From an uncultured Lentisphaerota bacterium (lineage in GTDB: Bacteria > Verrucomicrobiota > Kiritimatiellia > RFP12 > UBA1067), in contig ONRL01000038.1 in the NCBI GenBank assembly GCA_900320225.1, positions 5,698 through 69,697 on the forward strand: 64,000 nucleotides of DNA. Reading direction: 5' to 3'. The notes beneath the pieces were generated by a model, which made no database searches, had not been told where the DNA came from, and saw only the letters and a program-made list of their open reading frames with translations. Shown here piece after piece: positions 15,581 through 22,562 of the stretch. How positions within the stretch are numbered: the stretch's first letter is position 1; each line of letters starts with the position of its first letter. Made by a program: the position numbers and the translations under genes.

Positions 15581-16242
15581 TTAGAGTTCCGGAGCTGGGA
15601 AACGAAGTGACTGGCTCGTGCTCTTGCCATACACCCAAAGGCCCTGGCCCGGCGCGAAGGAGACACCTTCAACCTTTTCAAAATCCTCATCCGCCCAGCA
15701 AGGTTCATCTGCAGTCCAGTCATTCCATGTATAGGTGCAACCGTCAACGGTACGTCCAGCAGCATCAAGGACATCCCCCTCGGGGATGATGTCATCAAGA
15801 TCAAGCGCAACAGGGAACGGATTACCCGTCGGGGTACCACCATTACGAAGCGTCACGATCACATCAGCGATACCAACCTGCCCACAGGAACGCAGACCTT
15901 GCGTGGTGGTTTTGCCATACACCCAAAGACCTTGGCCCGGCGCGAATGAGACGCCTTCAACTTTTTCAAAATCCTCATCCGCCCAGCAAGGTTCATCTGC
16001 AGTCCAGTCATTCCATGTATAGGTGCAACCGTCAACGGTACGTCCAGCAGCATCAAGGACATCGGGACAAGCGAATCCAACGAAATCGTGTTACCAGACA
16101 TCGGCGCGAACTGCGGAGTGACCATCGTGGCTCCGTTACGCAGATCACTCTGACCATAGCCGACCGTGTTGGCGGATTCAATGCCTTCGCCGAACGCGGC
16201 GAATCCTGCGGCAACCGCCGCTGCAAACATGAGTTTCTTCAT
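15581..16242 (-). pseudogene. DUP-family secreted protein (copy III), frameshifted
   Basis: ORF 15859..16242 (MKKLMFAAAVAAGFAAFG.. signal peptide) loses homology after ..SLDSLVP near 16061..16067. The homologous sequence (DVLDAAGRTVDGCTYTWNDWTADEPCW..) continues in another frame into ORF 15581..15922. Confidence 0.6.
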
Positions 16243-16263
16243 TTTTCGTTTCCTTTTCCGGGC

Positions 16264-16288
16264 GGTCGCGCAGGAGCGCGACCCTCCC
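16264..16288. repeat. H2 hairpin repeat (reverse orientation)
   Basis: GGTCGCGC-AGGA-GCGCGACC followed by CTCCC, in the 5' leader of the DUP copy III gene. Confidence 0.85.
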
Positions 16289-16418
16289 TTTTTTGCTCTG
16301 GGGGGCAGAGTGAAGAAATACGCTCTGTGTTGGAGAGGAGGGAAATTGGCCGAATCTGCTCCGGTGGCGAAGCCGGTGCGGGTAAAATATCCGCTTCACC
16401 ATAAAGAAAGGACAACAA

Positions 16419-17426
16419 ATGAAAGTGATACCAACCATCAAGATGGTTCTGGAAACCTATCCGAAGTTCGCCGCCATCGAGCGGATGAGGATGGAGAAGC
16501 CCTGCGAGAAGACCGTGGCGAGCGCCGTGAGCGGCACGCGGCGCCTGTGCGAGATCGGCGGCATCTCGCTCGACGAGCCGATCACCGTGTTCAACCGGAA
16601 GCAGCTCGAGCGCATCCTCGACCTCGCCCGGCTTTCGGAACTGAAGCCGATCTCCGTGTGGAGCTACCTCTACTCCCTGCGCAAGCTCTTCGCGAAATGG
16701 ACGCATCGCTACTACGCCGACAAGAAGTGGACGCTCCCGCAACTCGAGATGCCGTCGTGCCAGCGCCAGTCGCCGCGCTACATCCGCCCCGACACCACCA
16801 CCCTCGCCAAGGTCAAGGCGTGGTATCGCGGCCTTGAGGCGCGTTCGGATCCGCGCGAGTGGATCCTCGCCACGCTCATGCTGGAGTTCGCCATGCGCAA
16901 CGGCGACGCGGAACGCCTGCGCTGGTCGGATTTCCGTCCGGCAAGACAGTGCAATCACGGTGCGGACCAAAATGAGATTACGGTTCGTATGAAATCCAAT
17001 GACGGCAACGCGCGCATGGTTCTGTGCTACACGCCGCACAAGACGCGGCTCTCGTCGGGGCGTGTCGTCGCGTGGCCGGTCCATCCCGACATCTGGACGC
17101 GCCTGTGCGCCTACCACGACGGCGGCAGGTTCCGGAACAAGCGGAATGGCTGGGCGAAGAACGAAAGCCGGGATGCGCCGCTTGTCGTTCCGTGCGCGCG
17201 CGACGTGTACGTCCGACTTAACCGGGAATTGCGCACGAGCAAGATCTTCACCGGCTCGAAGGGCTGCTACGAGCTGCGCAAGATCTGCATTGACCACATC
17301 TACCAGAAGTTCGGGGCGGAGATGGCGTCGTCCATTAGCGGCGACGACATCCGCACGGTGATGCGCTACTACGCCGACCCGAGCGCAGTGAGCGTGGAGG
17401 GCGTGCGCGTGGTGGATCTGCTGTAG
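16419..17426 (+). CDS. Tyrosine-type site-specific recombinase/integrase
   Basis: 335 aa. ..LEFAMRNGDAERLRWSDF.. (box I Arg), ..TPHKTRLSSGRVV.. (Lys hairpin), ..YELRKICIDHIYQKFG.. and ..IRTVMRYYADPS (C-terminal Tyr) fit the phage-integrase family pattern. Confidence 0.7.
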   Translation: MKVIPTIKMVLETYPKFAAIERMRMEKPCEKTVASAVSGTRRLCEIGGISLDEPITVFNRKQLERILDLARLSELKPISVWSYLYSLRKLFAKWTHRYYADKKWTLPQLEMPSCQRQSPRYIRPDTTTLAKVKAWYRGLEARSDPREWILATLMLEFAMRNGDAERLRWSDFRPARQCNHGADQNEITVRMKSNDGNARMVLCYTPHKTRLSSGRVVAWPVHPDIWTRLCAYHDGGRFRNKRNGWAKNESRDAPLVVPCARDVYVRLNRELRTSKIFTGSKGCYELRKICIDHIYQKFGAEMASSISGDDIRTVMRYYADPSAVSVEGVRVVDLL

Positions 17427-17455
17427 TTGCAAAACAGGTCTGACCTGTTTTGCAA
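17427..17455. repeat. REP-like palindrome TTGCAAAACAGGTC-T-GACCTGTTTTGCAA
   Basis: Perfect 14-bp arms, immediately after the integrase stop codon. Confidence 0.9.
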
Positions 17456-17457
17456 GA

Positions 17458-17510
17458 ATTATCACGTGGATGTGAAGATTATCACGTGCGCGTGATAATT
17501 GTGTGATAAT
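17458..17510. promoter_or_regulatory. Cluster of TTATCAC / GTGATAA half-sites (operator-like) upstream of the RAYT gene
   Basis: ATTATCACGTG occurs twice (17458, 17478) and GTGATAAT twice (17492, 17503). This includes the inverted repeat ATTATCACG-TGCG-CGTGATAAT. GGTATACT -10 at ~17549..17556; ATG at 17595. Confidence 0.45.
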
Positions 17511-17594
17511 CATGTGATTTTCATGTGAAGATTTTCATGCGGCCTTTCGGTATACTGCTGGCGTCTCTAACAGCCAAAAGAAAGGACAAGTAGT

Positions 17595-18725
17595 ATGTCG
17601 AATTCAAACAGTAGAAACAAGGAAGTTGAAACGGTTCACCATCTCACGAGCCGCATAGCGCATCGGGTCTACTTTCTCAAGGAATGTGAACGAAACGATT
17701 TTCTCGAGATCGTGCGCCGAGCTGCGGATTTCGCTGGCATTAAACTTCTAGGTTGGTGTGTCATGTCGAATCATTTCCATCTCCTTGTTCATTTGCCCGA
17801 GCGAGTCGAGGTCTGTGAGTCGGAGGTCTTGAGACGTTACGGCGTACTGAAGGGGAGGGCGGCAGCCGAAGAAATTGAAAAGTCATTCGTGACATGGCGT
17901 AAGGATGAGGTCAATGGTGAGGCGAGGGTCACGGCGTGGCTTGAATCGCAACGTCGCCGCATGTATGACGTTGGAATCTTCATGAAGATCGTCAAGCAAT
18001 GGTTCACGGAGGAGTACAACAAGCGTAACGGCCACTGCGGTACGCTTTGGGAGGCCGTGTACCATGATCGAGTGGTGCCTTTTGAAATCAAGGCCATGTC
18101 AGAATGCCTTGGATACATTCATTTAAACCCGATTCGCGCGGCCGTGACGGACAGGTTTGACGGATATGCGTGGAGCAGTTATGCCGCGTTCTGCCGTGGG
18201 GACGAAGTTGCAATTGAGGGAATGCGCTTTATCTACGGGGAGGAATGTTCCGCCGAAGAAATGTCCCAGATGCATGAGGAACTCCTTGAGTGTCTGTTGG
18301 AGAAGGAGAAGTTGCGCCGTGCTGCCGAGATCGTCAGAAGGCGGGCGGCGGGGTATGAAATGCCGGCAGACCCGCTCACCACAGAGGCATACCTTCGTCA
18401 GGCTGCTATGCGACTTGAGGAGATTCGGCTTGAGTCAATGCGTTTGCGGGAGGAGAGGATGTTGCCCTTGTCGCGAGTGAAGAAGAGAGACCACCGTGAA
18501 CGAGAAGTCATTGCCGCTCTGACCTTGAATCCGAGTGCGGACGTGAAAGACCTCTCCAACTACCTTGCAATCCCTGTAAGAACGGCTTACGATTTACTTC
18601 AGAAAATGGAATCCAAAGGCCTTGTCATGCATACAGATCGTGGAGGTTTCTGGACAATGTTGCAAAACAGGTCAGACCTGTTTTGCCGGTTTGGGGACGC
18701 CGGGAAAATTGCAAAACAGGTCTGA
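17595..18725 (+). CDS. IS200-like Y1 transposase-domain protein (REP-associated tyrosine transposase-like) with C-terminal HTH-like extension
   Basis: HUH motif in ..CVMSNHFHLLVHLPE.. and the catalytic-Tyr motif ..CLGYIHLNPIRAAV... The C-terminal ~70 aa (..LSNYLAIPVRTAYDLLQKMESKGLVMH..) look like a winged HTH. The ORF ends inside the downstream palindromes. Confidence 0.8.
   Translation: MSNSNSRNKEVETVHHLTSRIAHRVYFLKECERNDFLEIVRRAADFAGIKLLGWCVMSNHFHLLVHLPERVEVCESEVLRRYGVLKGRAAAEEIEKSFVTWRKDEVNGEARVTAWLESQRRRMYDVGIFMKIVKQWFTEEYNKRNGHCGTLWEAVYHDRVVPFEIKAMSECLGYIHLNPIRAAVTDRFDGYAWSSYAAFCRGDEVAIEGMRFIYGEECSAEEMSQMHEELLECLLEKEKLRRAAEIVRRRAAGYEMPADPLTTEAYLRQAAMRLEEIRLESMRLREERMLPLSRVKKRDHREREVIAALTLNPSADVKDLSNYLAIPVRTAYDLLQKMESKGLVMHTDRGGFWTMLQNRSDLFCRFGDAGKIAKQV
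18662..18686. repeat. REP-like palindrome GCAAAACAGGTC-A-GACCTGTTTTGC
   Basis: Perfect arms, within the last codons of the RAYT ORF. Confidence 0.9.
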
Positions 18726-18737
18726 CCTGTTTTGCAA
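18709..18737. repeat. REP-like palindrome TTGCAAAACAGGTC-T-GACCTGTTTTGCAA
   Basis: Identical to 17427..17455 and 22 nt from the previous copy. Confidence 0.9.
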
Positions 18738-18935
18738 CTTTCGGCGGGGAAATATGGTATAATATGCCGCGTGACGAAGGTAGCGACAGACCCGTTTCTC
18801 GAAGTGACCGATCCCGGCGAGGCCATCGGGCTCTGGAGTCGGCCGGCCCGCTACGAGGTGAAGATCGCAGTACGGCAGGAACCGGTCAGGCCTGATTGCC
18901 GGAGGAGGAGCGGGTTTCGAAATGGAGTGTTTCAC

Positions 18936-20018
18936 ATGAAAGAGTATGGAAACGGATGTTTCTTGAAACGCGCAGGACGAGTTGCCGCAGTTGCGTGTGG
19001 CATTGTCTTGCTTTTGGTTGTCGCCGGATGCGCGACGGCGCCGGAGCTGTCGCTCTGGCGCGACGAAGCGCCGGCGAAGAAGGCGTTGCTGGAGTACGTG
19101 GAGGCCGTGACGGACACAGGATCGCCCGACTACATCCCCCCGGCGGCGCGCGTGGCCGTGTTCGACTTCGACGGCACGCTCTTCTGCGAAACCGATCCCA
19201 CCTACTTCGACTGGTTGCTGTTCGAGCACCGCGTGCTGGACGATCCGTCCTACAAACCCACGGGCGAGCAGCGCCAGGCCGCCATCGCCTCGCGCACGCG
19301 CACGTCCATCCCGGGCCTCACGCCCGACCGCGAACGGCTGATCGTGGAGGTCTACAAGGGGATGACGCTTGACGAGTTCGCCGCCTACGTGCGCGCGTTC
19401 ATGGAGGAGCCGCAGCCCGGCTTCACGGGACTGAAGCGCGGCGCGGCGTACTACCTGCCGATGCTGGAGGTCGTGAAACTGCTGATGGCGAAGGATTTCC
19501 GCGTGTACGTGTGCAGCGGGTCGGACCGTCTGCTCCTGCGCGAGGTGGTGCCGCCCGTGATCGACTTGCCGCCGGACCGGCTCATCGGGTCCGACAGCGC
19601 GATCGTCGCGCGCGGGCAGAACGGACGCGACGGCCTCGCCTACACGTACCGTCAGGACGACGCGCTCGTGATGGGCGGGAAGAGCGTGATCAAGAACCTG
19701 CAGATGAACAAGGTGCCTGCGATCATCCGCGAAATCGGCGTGCAGCCCGTGCTCGCCTTCGGCAACAGCTTCTCCGACGCGAGCATGCTCAACTACACGC
19801 TCTCGCGCAACCCGCACAAGGCGCTCGGGTTCATGCTCCTCTGCGACGACACCGAACGCGAGTACGGCAATCTGGCGAAGGCGCGGAAGGTGCGCGAGGC
19901 CTGCGGGCCGAACGGCTGGATTCCGGTCTCCATGAAGGACGATTGGACGACGATCTATGGTGACGGCGTGAAGCGGAAGGAAGCGGCAGGAGTGCCGCTT
20001 CCCCGAGAAAAGAAGTGA
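18936..20018 (+). CDS. HAD-superfamily hydrolase lipoprotein
   Basis: Start at MKEYGNGCFLKRAGRVAAVACGIVLLLVVAGC (lipobox). HAD motif I VAVFDFDGTLF, motif II-like VYVCSGSD and motif IV-like AFGNSFSDASM. The listed ORF start 18732 lies in the RAYT flank. Confidence 0.75.
   Translation: MKEYGNGCFLKRAGRVAAVACGIVLLLVVAGCATAPELSLWRDEAPAKKALLEYVEAVTDTGSPDYIPPAARVAVFDFDGTLFCETDPTYFDWLLFEHRVLDDPSYKPTGEQRQAAIASRTRTSIPGLTPDRERLIVEVYKGMTLDEFAAYVRAFMEEPQPGFTGLKRGAAYYLPMLEVVKLLMAKDFRVYVCSGSDRLLLREVVPPVIDLPPDRLIGSDSAIVARGQNGRDGLAYTYRQDDALVMGGKSVIKNLQMNKVPAIIREIGVQPVLAFGNSFSDASMLNYTLSRNPHKALGFMLLCDDTEREYGNLAKARKVREACGPNGWIPVSMKDDWTTIYGDGVKRKEAAGVPLPREKK
19979..20002. repeat. H1 hairpin repeat
   Basis: GGAAGCGGCA-GGAG-TGCCGCTTCC followed by CCGAG. 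It forms the last codons (..EAAGVPLPREKK*) of the HAD lipoprotein ORF. Confidence 0.9.
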
Positions 20019-20027
20019 GGCAGTATC

Positions 20028-20570
20028 ATGCACGCAACGCTGGCAGATGTCATCGCCGACACGGCGCAGAACTCCATCGAGGCGGGGGCGAAACACGTCA
20101 CGCTCACGCTCGTCGAGGACGGCACGACCATCGCCGTCACGATCAAGGATGACGGGAAGGGCATGGACGAGGCCACGCAGGCGCGCGCCTTCAATCCGTT
20201 CTACACCGAGGCGGGAAAGCATGACAAGCGGAAGGTGGGCCTCGGTCTGCCGATTCTCAAGCAGCTGTGCGAGTCAACGGACGGCGCGGTGAGCCTCACG
20301 TCGCAGAAGGGCGTGGGCACGGAGCTCCGCTATTCCTTTTCCGCCACGCACATCGACTTGCCGCCGATGGGCGACCTCGCCGAAACGGTGTTGATGCTCT
20401 TCAACTATCCCGGTGATTTCGACCTCACCTTCACCCACCGGAAAGGCACGGAAGAGTATTCCATCTCCCGCCTTGAGCTCGCCGACGCCGTGGGCGGGTT
20501 GGAATCCATCGAGGGGATTTCCCTCGCCCGCGAGTTCCTTCAGTCGCAGGAATCAGCGCTAACAGCTTGA
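20028..20570 (+). CDS. GHKL (histidine-kinase-like) ATPase domain protein
   Basis: 180 aa. N-box-like ..AQNSIEAGA.., G1 ..KDDGKGMD.. and G2 ..VGLGLPI... No HisKA domain is present. Confidence 0.7.
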   Translation: MHATLADVIADTAQNSIEAGAKHVTLTLVEDGTTIAVTIKDDGKGMDEATQARAFNPFYTEAGKHDKRKVGLGLPILKQLCESTDGAVSLTSQKGVGTELRYSFSATHIDLPPMGDLAETVLMLFNYPGDFDLTFTHRKGTEEYSISRLELADAVGGLESIEGISLAREFLQSQESALTA

Positions 20571-20664
20571 AAACGGCACTAACTGGGAAAACGGCCATAT
20601 TGGAGGCTGAAAAGGCGAGATAGGTGTTGGTGAGATTACGGTGCGGAACGGTCGAGCCTTCAAC

Positions 20665-20689
20665 GGGAGGGCCGCGCTCCTGCGCGGCC
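20665..20689. repeat. H2 hairpin repeat
   Basis: GGGAGG-GCCGCGC-TCCT-GCGCGGC, intergenic. Confidence 0.9.
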
Positions 20690-20744
20690 GCCCGGCGCGA
20701 GGTGCGCCAGTGAGATTATGGTGCGGAACGGTCGAGCCTTCAAC

Positions 20745-20769
20745 GGGAGGGCCGCGCTCCTGCGCGGCC
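20745..20769. repeat. H2 hairpin repeat
   Basis: Identical to 20665..20689 (second unit of the 80-bp tandem repeat). Confidence 0.9.
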
Positions 20770-20832
20770 GCCCGGCGTAAGGTGCGCCGGTGAGATTATG
20801 GTGCGGAACGGTATGAAAGAAAGGATAATAAA

Positions 20833-22500
20833 ATGAGAACAGGACAAATTGGGTGGCGGTCTGTTGTTGTGGCCGCTGGATGCGGCATGATGGCATTGGG
20901 TGCCATTTCGGGAACGGTCGAAACGACGCCCGTTGCCCGGATGGAACTGCGTGCGAAGGGCGAGATCCGGAAACGCGATCCGGGCATCTTCGGCGACTAC
21001 TGGTGGGCCAACCGCTTCCTGAACCACCGCGAGCAGGTCGCGCGCCTCAACGGACGGCCGGTGGACGTGGTTCTCGTGGGCGATTCCATCATGCACTACT
21101 GGGAGTGGCGGCACCTCGCGAAGTGGTCCGCGTTGACGAACGGCCGGACGGTCCTCAACCTCGGCTACGCAGGCGACCGCACGCAGCACGTCCTCTGGCG
21201 CATCGAGCACGGCGAACTGGATGGGTTCACGGCGAAGAACGTCGTCCTCATGATCGGTACGAACAACAACTCCTCTGACAATACCGACCCCGCCAACGTC
21301 GCCAAGGCCATTGAGGAGATCATCGCGCGGATCCGCGAAAAGCAGCCCGGCGCGCAGATCATCCTCCATCCCATCTTTCCGCGCGGCGCGTCCGCCGACT
21401 CGAAGCGCCACGCCGCCGCGCGCGCGCGGAACGACAGGACGAACGTTCTCCTGAAGGAATTCGCCGCCGCGCACCCCGAGGTCACATGGGTGGACTTCAA
21501 CGACAAGCTGGTCGATTCGACGGGTTGGGTGCCGCGCACGATCATGGCGGACGAGATCCATCCGACCGACGCCGGCTACGACCTCTGGCTGGAGGCGCTC
21601 CTGCCGCATCTGCGCGACGACCGCGTGCCGCTGGCGGATCCGTTCATCCTGTACGAGAAGGGAACCTACTACGCCTACGGCACCCATTCGCGCGTCGGCA
21701 TCACCGTGGCGACGTCCACGGACCTCGTGCATTGGAAGATGGACCAGGGGCGGTCCAAGGACGGGCTGGCGCTTCATATGGACGATTCGTTTGGGACGAA
21801 GTTCTTCTGGGCGCCGGAGGTCTACCGCGTGGACGGACGGTACGTGATGTACTACTCCGCCGAGACGCACGTGTGCGCGGCGACGGCGGACAGTCCGCTC
21901 GGCCCGTTCCGTCAGGCGGAGAAGAAGCCCATCCTCGAACGGCGCGGCATCGACAACTCGCTCTTCATCGACGACGACGGGCGGACATGGATGGTGTACG
22001 TGCACTTCGACAAGGGGAACGTCGTCTGGCTAACGGAGATGGAGAAGGACGGTCTGCACGCCAAGCCCGGCACGGCCCGTATGGTGCTGCGCGCCGAGAA
22101 GGGGTGGGAGATGATGAATCCGCGCTGCTCCGTCACGGAAGGTCCGTTCATCGTCAAGATCGGCGGCACGTATGTGCTCACCTATTCCGCGAACGACTAC
22201 CGCGACCGCGACTACGCCGTGGGCGTGGCGACGGCGCGGAGCCTCGAGGGGCCGTGGACGAAGTACGCCGGCAACCCGATCCTCCGTCGGCGCTTCGGCC
22301 TCGTGGGCGTGGGGCACCACTCCCTGTTCAAGGATGCGGACGGCAAGTGGCGGATCGTGTTCCATGCGCACAACGGCGGGGGCAAGGACACCATCCATCC
22401 TCGCTGCATGTACATCGCCGGGATTGACTTCAAGGCGGTGGACGGCGTGCCGGTGCCGGTTGTGGACGACAACCTTATCCGTTGCGTGGACACGCATTAA
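20833..22500 (+). CDS. Fusion protein: SGNH/GDSL esterase domain + glycoside hydrolase family 43-like domain
   Basis: The N-terminal half has VVLVGDSIMHYW (GDS block), ..GYAGDRT.., ..IGTNN.. and ..DEIHPTDAGYD.. (DxxH). The C-terminal half has ..DPFILYEKGTYYAYGT.., ..FWAPEVYRVDGRYVMYYSA.. and ..TEGPFIVKIGGTYVLTYSAND.., typical of GH43 five-bladed propellers. Confidence 0.8.
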   Translation: MRTGQIGWRSVVVAAGCGMMALGAISGTVETTPVARMELRAKGEIRKRDPGIFGDYWWANRFLNHREQVARLNGRPVDVVLVGDSIMHYWEWRHLAKWSALTNGRTVLNLGYAGDRTQHVLWRIEHGELDGFTAKNVVLMIGTNNNSSDNTDPANVAKAIEEIIARIREKQPGAQIILHPIFPRGASADSKRHAAARARNDRTNVLLKEFAAAHPEVTWVDFNDKLVDSTGWVPRTIMADEIHPTDAGYDLWLEALLPHLRDDRVPLADPFILYEKGTYYAYGTHSRVGITVATSTDLVHWKMDQGRSKDGLALHMDDSFGTKFFWAPEVYRVDGRYVMYYSAETHVCAATADSPLGPFRQAEKKPILERRGIDNSLFIDDDGRTWMVYVHFDKGNVVWLTEMEKDGLHAKPGTARMVLRAEKGWEMMNPRCSVTEGPFIVKIGGTYVLTYSANDYRDRDYAVGVATARSLEGPWTKYAGNPILRRRFGLVGVGHHSLFKDADGKWRIVFHAHNGGGKDTIHPRCMYIAGIDFKAVDGVPVPVVDDNLIRCVDTH

Positions 22501-22562
22501 CTATTGACCCATGCGGGGAAATCGGCTATACTCCAAACGTAAACTTTCAAAGGCAAATTGCA

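Larger units (their letters stand above)
17427..18737 (+). mobile_element. RAYT-like Y1 (HUH) transposase gene bracketed by REP-like palindromes
   Basis: One palindrome lies upstream (17427..17455) and two downstream (18662..18686, 18709..18737) of the IS200-like transposase-domain gene. The same palindrome is dispersed at 3947, 11126 and 28231. Confidence 0.65.
20631..20812. repeat. Tandem repeat, 80-bp unit x ~2.3
   Basis: TGAGATTAYGGTGCGGAACGG.. restarts at 20631, 20711 and 20791. Each full unit embeds one H2 hairpin. A related TGAGATTACGGCGCGGAAC lies at 5514..5532. Confidence 0.9.

Noticed and set aside
16239-17513. Listed 424-aa minus-strand ORF overlapping the integrase gene.
   Set aside because: It is an antisense shadow ORF of a GC-rich gene, with an Arg/Ala/Val/His-rich low-complexity translation and no motifs. 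The plus-strand product has clear tyrosine-recombinase motifs.
17491-17517. Fur-box-like string GATAATTGTGTGATAATCATGTGAT upstream of the RAYT gene.
   Set aside because: It only partly matches the GATAATGATAATCATTATC consensus. It is better explained as part of the local TTATCAC/GTGATAA half-site array. No iron-related gene context is present.
18738-18935. The ~170-nt GC-rich leader between a TGGTATAAT box and the HAD lipoprotein start was examined as a possible riboswitch. GGTGAAGATCGCAG and GGCAGGAACCGGTCAGG are faintly cobalamin-like.
   Set aside because: I could not align the B12 box or any other riboswitch core (TPP, FMN, SAM, c-di-GMP). It may simply be the flank of the RAYT/REP unit. 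A covariance-model scan (Rfam) would settle it.
20631-20812. Possible CRISPR array suggested by direct repeats containing a palindromic core.
   Set aside because: There are only 2.3 contiguous 80-bp units with no unique spacers between repeats and no cas genes in the window. It is a simple tandem duplication.
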